From assembly GCA_951406725.2 (NCBI GenBank), contig OX597815.1, positions 60,140,001 to 60,204,000 on the forward strand: a DNA stretch of 64,000 nt. The letters are read 5' to 3'. This stretch comes from Octopus vulgaris (Eukaryota). Of the stretch, positions 27,857 through 41,600 are shown one piece after another. The translations under genes and the position numbers were made by a program. The stretch's first letter is position 1. Each line of letters starts with the position of its first letter. The notes below the pieces were generated by a model that was given only the letters and a program-made list of their open reading frames with translations, was not told the DNA's origin and searched no databases.

Positions 27857-28129
27857 CAAACACATATATACATACATTCAGACAGACAGACAAACAAACA
27901 TACATACATTCAGACAGACAGACAAACAAACATACATATGCGTACAGATGTGTGTATGTATGTGTGTGTATGTGTGTAACACACGTAAACATATCTACAT
28001 ACACGACTGCACGCGTATATATATTTGCTTGTGTTTGGGTGTATGTGTATATGGTTACATGTAAGCACATATATATGTTGGGATAGATGTGTGTCTGTCT
28101 ATATACGTATGGATATGTGATGTATATAC

Positions 28130-28160
<31 letters not shown>

Positions 28161-28359
28161 TGTATATGTTTGTATGATATGGATATGTTTGTATGATATG
28201 GATATGTATGTATGTATGTATTGAAATATTGCCTATATGTGTGTACGTATAGTTAGCAAATGAAATACAAGATTTTAGCGATATAAGTTCATTATTGCTG
28301 AACACAAACTAAAGAGTTGTGTGCAGTACTGTGAATGATTATGAACTCTTAAGGAGGTC

Positions 28360-28469
<110 letters not shown>

Positions 28470-28609
28470 TACATACATATACAAGAACAGATGCGCGTCA
28501 ACATACATACAGATGCACGACACACTCTTCCATTACACCTCTGTAACGAATATATCAAAGTTATTTTGCAGCTCCAGATTTATGAATGACACACTCAGTA
28601 AGTTGTAGA

Positions 28610-30760
28610 CCCTTCAAACCCAAGTTGTTACAATATTCAAGATGGGGAAGACAGAGAGCTTTGGCACTATGCAATGTTCGGTGGTTGGTATAACTTCAGT
28701 TCCAAAGTTTGGAGCCAGACCTTCCACCTCTCTTGGGAGTTGAGCTTCAGTTCCCAGTAGCTTTTCTGTTGCACCCAGTCGATCTTGTTTGTGTAGTGGA
28801 ACTGGATTGTCTAAGGTTTCGTCACCATTTTGAAGCTCTGCTGTGACCACAGTTAGGAGCAGTAATCTAGTCGGGGTTCTGAATGATCTAAGAATCCATC
28901 CAGCTATTTGCCTACATAGTCCATCTTGGTAAAATGCAAAGGAAGTGTTGCATCATTACTAATATGGATAATCAGGTCATGCACTGACTCTGACTCTGAG
29001 ATTCCACTAGCCCATAGTTCTGTGTATTTCGATTGGAGTCTGTTTGTGGGCTGATAGCGGAATGCTTGAAACTTCTCAGCGTTAAACTTTTCTCGTTATT
29101 TGCCTATAAAAAGCATACATTGTGGGGGACGAACAAGGGCAGGCAAGACAGCACAATTGGGGACAAAAACATAGACGGATGAATGATATGAAATTATATA
29201 ATGAAGATGTAATGGCTACTACTCGACCCCACTTCCGAGTAGTATCATTTAAAATCTATTTTAAATCAAACTTTCACTGAATATCTAATAAGTTATACAG
29301 TAGTTTCAGTGTTTCAAAATCCACCACAGGTGGCAAATGTTCGTAATATTTTATTCCTGCTCCTAATGGGTTTATTTCATCACCAAAGTTGGCTTTTAAT
29401 TTTTTTAAAATTTTTACTGTCAATTACAATACATTCCTGGAACTTTAATGTTTTCATCTTCTCTGACACTAATAACTGTCTTCATCTTCTCTATTTTTTC
29501 TTCGATAACTGCATTTGTCCAAGTAAAGGTGTTACATATGCTGTTTTTAACTTTTTCCTTTCTTGTGTGTCTTGTGTGGAATCGATTAGTGAATCTGTCT
29601 TGTCGGAATTCTTTCGAGTACGTGAAGTGTCTGTGAGTGCTTTTAATGGGGTTACTGGACTGTATGTACATGTAGGTGTAAAGTTTGGTTGGGGATTCTC
29701 AACTGTTTGGTGTGTTTATGTGAGTTAATTGCGGTGTGGGCGTTTGTATGTCACTCTGTTCTTTTCTCTTCTATTGCTTAGAGTTCTTAGGGGGCGGGGA
29801 ATTCTTGCTTTCTTTTCTCTTCTGATTTTGTGTGTGCACTTCGTCTGTGTCTACTTCCTCTGTATCTTCCTTCGGCTTCTCGCTGCTACTGGTTTCTTCT
29901 TGTGTCACCTCCGTTGATGTCTGCTTATCGAGAAGGGGGCAGTTTGCCTTAATGCGACCCTTCTCTTCGCAGTGATAACATGTGGGGGTCTTCCCTCCAT
30001 TACCACACGTAACCTCTGTTATTTCTTGGAGATCACTAATGGTGGCCTGAATTATGACCTCTAGGACATATCCCCATCAATCTAGCTGTTTCGTGCGGCT
30101 CACTTGTAGTACTTGCGGGTCTTCTATCATGTCCATCAGGATGGCTACCAGCAGCCATATTTCGTTGATTTCTGGGGCACTCTGCCAATTCTTACATTGC
30201 TACTCGCTTTCCGAAGTAAGTTGGCAGTAGTGCCCATTTCTCTGATTTTAAGGCTACTGTGGACTGTCTTGCTGCTTCCTCCACTGTCGAGAAGCGCACC
30301 TCCGCTGTGCCAAATTTCCTGTCTCTACAGTAGAATTCAATATTACTACTTGTCTTTTTTAGGCATCTTTCTAACTCTTCCGCTTTTGCCATTTCGATTT
30401 TTTGGTTACTAGAGAAAGGGTTCTGTATATTAATGTCTTTCTATCTCTGTTCCTTGTTAATTCCTCTGATAGTATTAATTTCAGTTTTGCTCCTTCTCCT
30501 TTTAACAACCTTCTGCTACTCTTCACTGTCTCCAAATCTAGTCACTTCTCTGACTTCCAGTTGCTTAACCGTTTCCACTACATTTTCGCGTCCTGCTACT
30601 GCAGCGCAGCCGCCAGCACGCCCATTCTCAGCATTGAACTGTATACTATTTTCATCGCCCCATTTGTATATCACATTCTGGTCTCTCTGCTGTTTTAGCA
30701 TGCCATTAGGGTCCTTGACCGCCTGTAATACATTTTTATCATTAGCATAGCTGGTTCATC
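28610..30760 (-). mobile_element. Degraded CR1/L2-type LINE RT fragment split by a 1.5 kb insertion (pieces 30625-30760 and 28610-29088)
   Basis: SYANDKNVLQA..IYKWGDENSIQFNAE (right piece) continues as FNAEKFQAFRY..GWILRSFR..EGLAPNFG (left piece). Confidence 0.7.
29089..30624 (-). mobile_element. ORF1-only non-autonomous LINE-like insertion with 16 bp TSD
   Basis: Flanks ttctcagcgttaaact (29073-29088) and ttctcagcattgaact (30625-30640). GC-rich 5' end, degraded gag/ORF1-like frame with PTCYHCEEKGRIKANCP knuckle, short A-rich 3' end. Confidence 0.7.
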
Positions 30761-31698
30761 AGCATTGCTCACGCGCGAACACACACGCGCGCGCGCACCA
30801 ACTCGCTTAGTGTATTTGCTGACGTAGTGATGAAAGATTTAATAATTAAATGTACAATATACTACACTGGTTGGTAGGAGAAAATTGACTTGTTTAGAGA
30901 ATAAATCACATTGGGACATCTTCATGGTATACACATAGTTACGTCTGTGATTGCAACTTGAAGTTTATAAACTGGCTAAGATGACAAATCATTATCGTGG
31001 CTCCTTTGACAGTTTGTAAAAATGCACCTTACCTGCGTGATCGTTCGACTTGGGGAAATACAAGACAAAATCTTTTAAATAATGCTCATTTAAAAAAAAA
31101 AGATGAACATGTTGAATAAAATAATCATAGATACACTGAAATTAAAGTAGAAAGCCTTTGGTGGAGCTCTGACCTGGGGTTAAACGGTAACAAGGTAACA
31201 CAAGACACCTAGTAATTTATAAATATTTTGTCGCAAACCCAACAACGTATGAAATAATGAAATAATCAATATCAAATTTAAATACGTCACACATATGTCA
31301 CACAGCTTCATTTTTTGAGCAGTGTCATAGATTTATTTACATTGAGAATTTTGAAGATGTTGAAAGTTTTCTGATGTTAAATATTGAAGTCAGGTATGTT
31401 GTCAAAAGAAAATTGTCTCTGACACTTTTAGTAATTTTGAAGCAATGATAATGAATCTTTCAAGAGTGGAATGTCTTTCTCAGCAGCGACATTACTTATT
31501 TGTCAATATATTCTATCTGCAAACTTTATTGAAATCAATTTTTGAGAGCGGTCGGGTTCATTTTTAGTATTCTCATTTATGAGAGCACTCGCGTTTATTT
31601 TCAGATAATCTCTTTTTAAAAAAATCATCTCTGGCTAATCATTGAGAGGACGTTGCTGTTGCCTTGGCGGAGGTTTGCGCTAGCAGCGTATACGATCA

Positions 31699-32197
31699 GA
31701 GTGACACTAGGGTACAAATATACGAAGCCCAGTATACCTATCACAATTACCCGTCTGATAGGGTATACCAGGCGTATGCATTACAACCATATGTGCGTGA
31801 CATGGTGATCTCATATCAAGATCAACAGTGCATGACCTTGCAGGTGGAACAAACTTAGAACTTTCTTCATGTCAAATAGCCCACTCCGCTCAAAAGGTCC
31901 CCGAATAAGGGTTGTCTAAATATAATGAGCAAAACATCCATGTTTCCAGAGGTGAATTATTTAAACCTCAAAGAATTCCTATCAATACATAGATATGATG
32001 CTCCCCCATTACTTCTGCTCGTGATCAGAGATGCACATATCGTCAGCCACGAAGGTCAAGCAACTGATAAGCAAATCTGTATTATTGAGCAGAATATTTG
32101 CTGTAACCCATCCTTTAGACAACGGCAAAACAATGTACATCATGACACTTTCAATCAATTAAGATCAGAAGGAATGAGAGTTACTTCCTGATATTGC
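31699..32197 (-). mobile_element. ~550 bp non-coding repeat, copy 2
   Basis: Collinear with 4464-5010. Confidence 0.8.
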
Positions 32198-32231
32198 ATC
32201 ATCATCATCACTATCATCATCATCATCATCA

Positions 32232-32280
<49 letters not shown>

Positions 32281-32281
<1 letters not shown>

Positions 32282-32813
32282 GAGTGAGAAAGCAGTGCAT
32301 ACCATCAAAGTGACACTGGAGTAAAATATACGAAGCCCACTATACCCATCATGACTACCCGTCTGATAAGGGTACACCAGATATATGCATCACAACCATA
32401 TGTGCGAGACATGGTGATCTCATATCAAGATAAACAGCGCACCACCTTGCAGGTGGGGCCCAGTTAGAATTTTCTTCTGGTCGAGTAGCCTATCCCGCTC
32501 AAAAGGTCCCTAAATAAAGATTGCTTAAGGTTGTTGAATGAACCACCCATGTTTCCAAAGGTGAATTATCCAAACCTCTAAGAATTCTTTTCAACACACG
32601 GCTATAATCCACCCCACTACTTCTGCTCATGATCAGAGATGCACATATCGTCAGCCACTAAGTGGCATGGTCAACTGGTTATGGTCAAACAGCTGACAAG
32701 CAAATCTGTATTATTGAGCAGAATATTTGCTGTAGCCCAATGTAGATGATAACACTTCCAATCAGTTAAGATCAGAAGCTATGAGAGCCACTGCCCGGTA
32801 CTGCATCAGGGCA
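32281..32813 (-). mobile_element. ~550 bp non-coding repeat, copy 3
   Basis: Collinear with 4464-5010; (AAT)n tail at 32235-32281. Confidence 0.8.
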
Positions 32814-32819
32814 TTTTTT

Positions 32820-32918
32820 ATCATCATCATCATCATCATCATCACCATCACCACCACCACCACCACCACCACCACCACCACCACCACCACCACCACCACC
32901 ACCACCACCACCACCACC

Positions 32919-32952
<34 letters not shown>

Positions 32953-33016
32953 TTATTATCATTATTATTATAATTATTATTATTATTATTTTTATTATTA
33001 TTATTATTATTATTAA

Positions 33017-33089
<73 letters not shown>
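32820..33089. repeat. Compound (CAT)n/(CAC)n/(TAT)n microsatellite
   Basis: Direct reading. Confidence 0.95.
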
Positions 33090-33091
<2 letters not shown>

Positions 33092-33302
33092 GGCGGTGAG
33101 CTAGCAGAATTGTTAGCACACCGGGCAAAATGCTTCGCAATATTTCGCCCGACGCTACGTTTTGCGTTCAAATTCCGCCGAGGTTGATTTTGTCTTTCAT
33201 CCTTTGGAGTCGATAACTTAAGTACCAGTGTAACACTGGGGTCGATGTAATCGACTTATCTCCTCCCCCAAAACTGCTGCCCTTGAGGCAAAATTTGAAA
33301 CC
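33090..33302 (+). mobile_element. Full-length tRNA-type SINE family A
   Basis: aaggcggtgagctagcagaattgttagc (A-box-like), gttcaaattcc (B-box-like), conserved core, ends aatttgaaacc + (ATT)n. Confidence 0.8.
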
Positions 33303-33329
33303 ATTATTATTGTTATTTTCATTATCATC

Positions 33330-34385
33330 TTCTTTCAATTCTGTTGACGTTCCTTGCTGCGTGTCTTCTTGACACCTAGGGCAGAGAAACACACTCTAAA
33401 CATTGGTAGGCCATTAAAACAAACATACCAGATTGATCATTTACAAAGTCATGTGATAAGACAGAGAGAAAGAGGAAAAAATAAAAAATAAAAAAGTAAA
33501 GAAATAAAATAAGGGGGAAAAGGGAAAGAAAAGTCCCAATGCTCTTCTCAGTACGTGTGACGTACCAGCTAAGACAATCTTTTGCACTTCCTGTATGGAT
33601 GGTAAGCCAGGGATCGTTCTTAAATAATTTTTAGTTCCTTCTTTGATCATTCCAAGTGCTAATGCAATCACTGATATTGTGACTGTTTTGAGATGACACA
33701 TCTTTCCGATTTCGATTAGCAAATCTTTATTTTCTGAGCTTATCAAATTCTTTTGCCAAGATATTATGGCCGCAGGGTATGCCCATGTCAATCAATAAAC
33801 AAACTTTATTGTTTAGGTCTTTTACAATAATATCTGGTTTATTTGCTTTGATGGTCCTGTCTGTACATACTGGAAAGTCCCAAAGAATCGTTACATTTTC
33901 TCCCTCAGTACCAGCCTCAGCGTGATGCTTGCACCATTTGTCAGCAGTCTTGATTTTATAATGCCAACACATTATCCAATGTATATATTGACCAACTCTG
34001 CCATGTTTTGAGTTGTACTCTACGGGTGCTAAAACCTTACACCCAGACATTAGGTGCTCTACTTTTTCAAACCTATTGTTGCAGTATAGTCACATTTAAG
34101 GTCTATTCCATTTTTCATCACATTCGCTTGATAGTTCTGGGTCAATAAGCTCTGATCTTGAGAAACCAAGATAAAACCTTCACTCTCTGCCTTTAGCACT
34201 AAGCTCTGTAGCCACTGATGGGTGTGCTTCTGGTCCTCATCATCTTGTTTGAAACGGGCCAATTATTTGCCATGCAGAGGTTTTTGTTCCCACCTATCAG
34301 CCAATTGTTCAAACGCATTTTACTTTACTGTTGATTTCACCATGCCGTTCAACGTGGGTATATTGCATAAACTCATTAGCAAATT
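33330..34385 (-). mobile_element. 5'-truncated R4/Dong-clade element
   Basis: Reads THQWLQSLVLKAESEGFIL..QDQSLLT, SGCKVLAPVEY..H.RVGQYIHW, ILWDFPVCTDRTIKANKPDIIV and VLAGTSHVLRRAL. Confidence 0.88.
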
Positions 34386-34389
34386 TTTT

Positions 34390-34508
34390 AGCAAAGTCGA
34401 CTTCGCCAGAATTCGAACTAAGAACGTGAAGACGAACGGAATGCCGCTAAGCATTTTGTCTGCGTGGTAACGGTTCAGCCAGTTCACCGCCTTAATAATA
34501 ATAACAAT

Positions 34509-34541
<33 letters not shown>

Positions 34542-34705
34542 AATAATAATAATAACAATATTATTATTGTTATTATTATTGTTGTTATTGTTATTATTAT
34601 TAAGGCGGTGAGCTGGCTGAACCGTTACCACGCAGACAAAATGCTTAGCGGCATTCCGTTCGTCTTCACGTTCTTAGTTCGAATTCTGGCGAAGTCGTCT
34701 TTGCT
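34390..34705. repeat. Near-perfect palindrome of a SINE A head plus complementary microsatellite
   Basis: 34390-34494 is the reverse complement of 34600-34705 with 2 mismatches that I could see. (AAT/AAC)n and (ATT/GTT)n fill the centre. The right-hand SINE continues to ~34807. Confidence 0.93.
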
Positions 34706-34816
34706 TTTGAATAAAATCGATAAAATAAGTACCAATTAAGTCGATGTGATCGACTCAATCCACCCGCCACCCACAAGAATTGCTAGCCGTGCGTCAAGAT
34801 TTGAAACTCTCATTAT

Positions 34817-35373
34817 TGAGTGAGAAAGCAGTGCAGTGTCCTCAAAGTGACACTGGATTAAAGTACACAAAGCCCAGTATACTCACCATCACTACCCGTC
34901 TGATAAGGATACACCAGGCACATACATCACAACCATATGTGCATGACATGGTGATTTCATATCAAGAGAAACAAAGTATGAGCTTGCAAGGTGGGACCCA
35001 GTTAGAATTTTCTTCAGGTCGAATAGTCCATCCCGCTCAAAAGGTCCCTGAATAAGGGTCGTTGAAGGGTGTTGAACGAAACATCCATGTTTCCAGAAGT
35101 GAATTATCCAAACCTCTAAGAATTTTTCTTAATACATGGCTGTGATATTCCCCCACTACTTCTGTTCGTGACCAGAGATGCATGTATTGCCAAACACCAA
35201 GGGGCATGCTCAATTGGTTAAGGTCAAACAATTGACAAGCAAATCTGTGGTATTGAGCAGAATATTTGTTGTAGCCAATCTTTTATACCAAGACAAAATA
35301 TGTACATGATAATACTTCCAATCAGGTAAGATGAGAAGCCATGAGAGCCAGTGCCTGGTACTGCATCACGGCG
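34817..35373 (-). mobile_element. ~550 bp non-coding repeat, copy 4
   Basis: Collinear with 4464-5010. Confidence 0.8.
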
Positions 35374-35384
35374 TTTAATATTAT

Positions 35385-35607
35385 TACTCTTTACTCTCTT
35401 TTGCTCTTTTACTTGTTTCAGTCATTTGACTGTGGCCATGCTGGAGCACAACCTTTAGTCGAGCAAATCGACCCCAGGACTTATTCTTTGTAAGCCTAGT
35501 ACTTATTCTATCGGTCTCTTTTGCCGAACCGCTAAGTTACGGGGACGTAAACACACCAGCATCGGTTGTCAAGTGATGTTGGGGGACAAAGACACACAAA
35601 CGTATAT

Positions 35608-35694
<87 letters not shown>

Positions 35695-35872
35695 TAGATA
35701 GATAGATAGATACATATATACAACGAGCTTCTTGCAGTTTCCGTCTACCAAATCCAGTCACAAGCCTTTGGTCAGCTCGAGGCTATAGTAGAAGACACTT
35801 GCCCAAGGTGCCACGCAGTGGGACTGAACCCGGAACCATGTGGTTCGTAAGCAAGCTACTTACCACACAGCC

Positions 35873-35875
<3 letters not shown>
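35385..35875 (-). mobile_element. Full-length SINE family B
   Basis: Minus strand: gtggctgtgtggtaagtagcttgct..ggttccgggttcagtccc (A/B-box-like), internal (TA)n, 3' ...gactgaaacaagtaaaagag tail. Confidence 0.85.
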
Positions 35876-35903
<28 letters not shown>

Positions 35904-35963
35904 CTTCTTCTTCTTCTTCTTCTTCTTCTTCTTCTTCTTCTTCTTCTTCTTCTTCTTCTTCTT
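35874..35963. repeat. (CTT)n microsatellite
   Basis: Direct reading. Confidence 0.95.
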
Positions 35964-35977
35964 GTCATTATTATAAT

Positions 35978-36175
35978 GGCGAGCCGGCAGAATCCTTAGA
36001 GCATTGGACAAAATGTCTTCAAGTATGCCTTTTGACTCATTACGTTCAGAGTTCAAATTCCATCGAGGTCAATTTGCTTTCATCTGTCTGGTTCGATAAA
36101 ATCATTTACCGGTCGATGTAATCGACTTGCTTCTCTCGTCAAAATTGCTGGCCTTGTGTTAAAAATTAGAAATCA
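35978..36175 (+). mobile_element. SINE family A, diverged copy
   Basis: ggcgagccggcagaatc..gagttcaaattcc..gtcgatgtaatcgact. Confidence 0.7.
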
Positions 36176-36654
36176 CAATTATTTTCATTATTATTAGTAG
36201 TAGTGGTAGATTAGTCGTTGTGGTGATGGTGATGGTAATTGTTAATGCCTGTGTGTATATGCGATGTTATTGGCAAACAGTTGTTAACGAAGGTGTAGTG
36301 TGGAGGTATTGTAAAGGTGGGGAAGTGAAGCTGTGTGACGTGGCAAGATGGCCGCATTTCAACACACGTGTCTACAGTTCACTGCAATCAACACCATCAC
36401 AGCACAACTACGACCACCACACCAACCAACACAATCACCATCACCACTACTTCCACCACCATTACCATTGTCACCACTAACACAACCCATCAACCACAAT
36501 CACCATCAACACCATCACTACCACCGTCATCACTATCGCCAGACATGATTAATATATTCGCTACGACTACTATTACTACCACTACTGTCACAACTAACAA
36601 AATTACTGGCACAACGAACCACCATCATCGCCATCAACACCAACCACCACCACC

Positions 36655-36707
<53 letters not shown>

Positions 36708-37368
36708 ACCATCACTACTACTGCCACAACCACCGCCTACATTGTCGCTACTAACAATTAATTACTACAACTACCAACAATATCATCATCGCCGGTACCA
36801 TCAGTACCGATACTATTATGCAGCTAATACAATTGCCAATTTTTACAAAATCATCATCATCATCATCATCATCATCGGAAGCAGAAACAGGAGTAACAGC
36901 AGCAACAACAGCAGCGTCGGTAGCGGCAGCCACATCGTCAACGCTGCCATCACCATCGTCATCGTAGTGGTAACGTTTGCGGTCGTTGTTGTTATTGTCT
37001 TTCTAATTGGTGTTTACTGTTTGTCAGCGACCACGCTGACACGCGCACGCGCGCACACACACACACACATGCACACATGCACATATACACACACACATAG
37101 CTACACAACTGCCATGTACATACACAGGCATACACGCACATATACAGATATATTTATACTCACAAGCTCAAATATGCAGACACGCAGCTAGCATATGTAT
37201 ACATAGACAGGCAGATGGACATGTACTTATACAGACTCATATACACACATACACAGGCATATATGCATATACAGACACGCATGTACATACACAGACAACC
37301 ACACACACACACACACACACACATACACAAACATATTCACTACACATATATATCTTAAGGTGGTGCTC

Positions 37369-37414
<46 letters not shown>

Positions 37415-37954
37415 CCTATAGAAACAGACACACACATATACATACATATGGTGGTGATGGGTTGAATCGGTCGGCAGAAAGTAAAAGAAAACTGGTTGTA
37501 TTGATGGGATTGTGGAATTGTGTTAATGAAGAATATGTCTTGACAAGACTGGTGAGAATTCTTGGGGGGGGAGGGAGGGAGGGAGGGAGGGAGAGAGAGC
37601 GAAAGAGAGAGAAAGAGAGAGAGTGAAAGGTGTGAAAGTACTGAGAAGGGAATTGGTGCAAAGAATTAGAGGAAAACATAAAGAAAGAGGGAGCGAGAGA
37701 GGGAGAGAGAGAGAAGGAGAGAGAGGGAAAGAGAAAGAGGAAGAGAGAGAGAGATAAAGTGGGAGAATGGAAAAGAGATGAGATATCCAAAAGGTTTCTC
37801 CGTGTCTAGTTTCTTTTTGTATTTCCCCCTCTCTTTCACTCTAGTTTCACTCTTCTATACTGAATTACAACACATAAATATAGATGTATACGCCCTCACG
37901 CACACTTTTATACACAACACACTAACACATCCATAGTATTGACATATATGTATA

Positions 37955-38833
37955 CGAGGTTTGATTAATAAGTATCAGGACTGTTGCCATAGTAACAAAG
38001 CTAAAACACGCAGAGTGAAGCCGCTTTGCACAGATTGAGCTTTGACTCTGCTGTGCATGCGCACTAAGTTTTAACGTTCTGACTCACTTCCGCTGTTTAC
38101 AGTGCTTGGAACGAATGTGTGTAGCGTGTGATCGTCGTATTGACCATGACAGAGAAAGTTGTCATAGTGATACCTGCTCAGAGGCCTACACAAAGTTGCA
38201 GAAAGTATATGGAGGGGAGTATATGAGCCGCACTCAAGTTTACGAGAGTTTCTGTTTTCAAGATAGCCGGAAAATTTTGATATTGACGAACGTTCTGCAA
38301 GGTCCGCAACCAGCAGAACTGAGGAAAACGTGCGTGCAGCTGTGAGGGGAAATCGTTGAATCACCATCCGTGAGCTATCAGAGTATGTACAGATTAGTTA
38401 CGGTTCAGTTCAGTCCATTATCACTGAAGATTTGGGTATGAGTCGCGTGTCTGCCAAGTTCGTACCAAAACTGCTTTCAGCTAACCAAAAAGACACTCGG
38501 GTTTCAGTTACACAAGATCTCCTTGATTGTGTTGAGAACGATGAAAACTTTCTGAAAACGTTGCGTAGGACTCTGAGTAGGTATCGCCAAACTTTTGGTA
38601 AAATTTGAAGCAGATTGTCTACTCAACTTTCTATGTCATGGCCAATGCAACGACCACACGCTACACACCTTCCTTCCATGCATTGCTGTAAACAACAAAA
38701 GTGAGCTAGAACGTTAAAACTTACTATGCATACATAGCAGAATTGGAGGTCAATTTGCGCCATGCGGCTTCAGTCTGCGTGCTTTAGCTTCGTTACTATG
38801 GCAACAATCCGGATACTTATTGATCAGATCACG
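37955..38833 (+). mobile_element. Mariner-derived non-autonomous element with ~205 bp TIRs and TA TSD
   Basis: TA|cgaggtttgattaataagtatc ... gatacttattgatcagatcacg|TA. Internal transposase N-terminus AYTKLQKVYG..MSRTQVYE and LGMSRVSAKFVPKLL; no catalytic domain. Confidence 0.9.
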
Positions 38834-38875
38834 TATGTATATGTATATGTATATATACATGTATATGTATGTATG

Positions 38876-38936
<61 letters not shown>

Positions 38937-39514
38937 ATATATGTATGTGTGTGTATGTGTATACATATTTTCTTTTATTCTTTTGCATGTTTCAGCCTTG
39001 AGGCTGTGGCCATGCTGGAGCACCGCTAGTAAGCATAAAAACATGTACACATACATAGATACATAGAAACAAAAATACTTGCATGAAAACGCACATCCAT
39101 ACACGCACACACACGCACACACACACATACATATGGCATATATATTACATATACTAGTATAGATATACCCTAAAAATGACGACATTTTAAAAGAAATAAG
39201 CCGAAAATGGTATTGAATAAATGCATCAACATAAAATATATTCCGTATATTTGCTGTAGACTTGTAAGCTAAAAATATCATTAATAATATTTTGAAAATA
39301 CTTCGAAGGATTGGATCCAAGGAATATTTCAATCATGGCAGTAAGTTTTCTATAAATTGATTTATATTTTAGTGCGGTTAAAACGATAAGCAACTGATGT
39401 TCTTAATCGTCGAATATTTTTCCTATTTTATTAAACCACTGGTGAACCTGAACCTCCAAAGACGACAGCGTCCTACATATATATTAAAAGTTATTAATAT
39501 TCATGAGTTATCTT

Positions 39515-39720
39515 TTATCTTTTACATGTTTCTGTCACTTCATTGCGGGCACACTGGGACACCGCCTTGAATGGATTTATTAGAACAAATCGACCTCAGG
39601 ACTTATTTCTTTTTAGAACCTAGTACTTATTCTATCGGTTGTTTTTGCCGAACCGCTAAGGTACCGGGACGTAAACTCACCAGAACCAGTTGTCAAGCGG
39701 TGGTGGTGGCACAAACACAC
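39515..39720 (-). mobile_element. SINE family B 3' half
   Basis: cctagtacttattctatcgg..gccgaaccgctaag..gggacgtaaac..ttgtcaagcg. Confidence 0.7.
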
Positions 39721-39759
39721 TCGCACACACGTATTGATAAACAAAAAATTGCAACTAGT

Positions 39760-41600
39760 TTGTATTTTAATACATGTTACAAAATTTAAACACGGATATA
39801 CGTTTTAAGTCTCGGGTGCCTTTTCAAAACTCCAAACAAATTCTGCGTGGGAATACATATATATTTCCATGCAAGGAACGAAAATACCCCTCAAACGTAA
39901 CCATCAGAAAAATATGATACTCGACAAAATCCTGAGTGAACTCCCTCTTTTGACGGACAAACTCAATAAGACACTGCTATTGCAAAAAAAATATTCCCGG
40001 AAGAAGGAAGATCCCAACAAATGGAAAATTGCCAAACTCTAGAAAAACTCTGCAAATCTTTTGAAAATTCACTAATACAGGAATCATAAAATAACTCGGA
40101 TCTTGAAACAGAAAAGGACAACATTAACTTTCAAAAACCTTCTCATGTCAAGAAAGCTTTACTCCAAATCTGGACTCCAAACTGCATAAGTCGTAATTCA
40201 CTTTCCGGTATCTGATAAAAAATATCAACACATCAGAAATTTATGAGAGATGGTTCAACTCATCTTGTATTCTCCCCAGAAAGCTGCAAATTAAAACCTC
40301 TCCAATGAACTGGAACGACAGAGAAAAGAGGGAAAATGGTCCTGGATAACTTTAAAGTGGAGATAGAACTCGTATGACTGAAGGCTCAGTTTTACGAAGA
40401 AAATAAAACCAAATGGTGAAAAAATGGCGGTGGAAATTGCTAAGAAGGCCGAAGGAGAACTTTTTGACAATACCATCTAACTCTGGAAGCAAAGTTACGA
40501 AAATGAAGAAGTAGTGTCTCTTCGAAGATGTGTGTGTGTGTGGGGGGGGGGGGCAATGATTGATTTAACCACTATGAGGAAAGATTTAAAGAAGAATATC
40601 ATTCGGATAACATATTCTTGAAGAGGATGAAACTTCAAGAATCCCGAACGCCATTATCGAAAAACAACTCAAATGTTTATTTGAGGCAAAGACTGGCTAA
40701 CACCCTTTCCAGAACAACATTGAAAAGCAATTTAAATGTCCAACAAAGGCATAGGGTAGAAAATTCAAATGCTTCCTTCCTCACGAGACAAAATACCCCT
40801 CCTCAAAGATACACAGAAAGTGGCTTAATCGGAAAAAACAAAAATCTCGTTCGAGACAAAACAACTCCCGTAATGACTACATCAGACAGGACCAACGATG
40901 AAACAGAAACTCCTCTCTCTCTCTCTCTTTCTCGATTAATTCGGAGATGACCAACCACAATTGATACTTCAGACCAAAAACTATAACCCTTATCAAAACT
41001 ATAGACAATGCTGAACCTACAATAAATCAAGATTGTACAGAAGAACAGTCAGCAAGAATTCGATGCACCAAAAGCCGAGGAACCATTTAAACATGATGGA
41101 CGGAAACCCAGTCACTCGATGGTACAAACCAAATGTGAAATTCCGAAGGTTATAAATCTCTCACATAAAACCCTGTCAACCAAACAAATTAAAATTCTCT
41201 CGAAAGGACTAAAATTCAATCTAACAACGCAAAATTCCAATATAAATGAAATACAGAACCATGTCCAGAAATTTTGTAGAAAATTGTAGGTTACAGTACT
41301 ATTTGACAAAGAAACCAATGACCATTTAATGCTTTATCATAAAAGCAACTGAACCAAACTCTGGACAAATTTTGTGATTTGGTAACCATTTTCCCTTACA
41401 GTTTACTATAACATCCCAAATTTAAAGTAAATACAAGCCGAGAAGAATGGAAAATCATTAACGATCTCAGCGATAATCAAAATACTGTTAGTTACAAAAG
41501 AAGCTGAAAAAAATAGTGCTGTAGTCATCATGGATTCGGAACAATACATAAACACTACTCTAGCTCTGCTTCGTGACAATACCTATTATGATAAAATTAA
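39760..41600 (+). mobile_element. Degraded Penelope-like element, N-terminal part
   Basis: VINLSHKTLSTKQIKILSKGLKF..FCRKL and KEAEKNSAVVIMD..YYDK match the pre-RT region of PLEs (ADKG..VVIMD). The left boundary is uncertain. Confidence 0.65.

Noticed and set aside
29217-29244. 9 bp hairpin tactactcg/cgagtagta as a terminator or Helitron end
   Set aside because: No U-tract or CTAG follows, and bacterial terminators are irrelevant here.
33090-33190. tRNA gene
   Set aside because: A/B-box-like motifs belong to a multi-copy SINE head; no cloverleaf.
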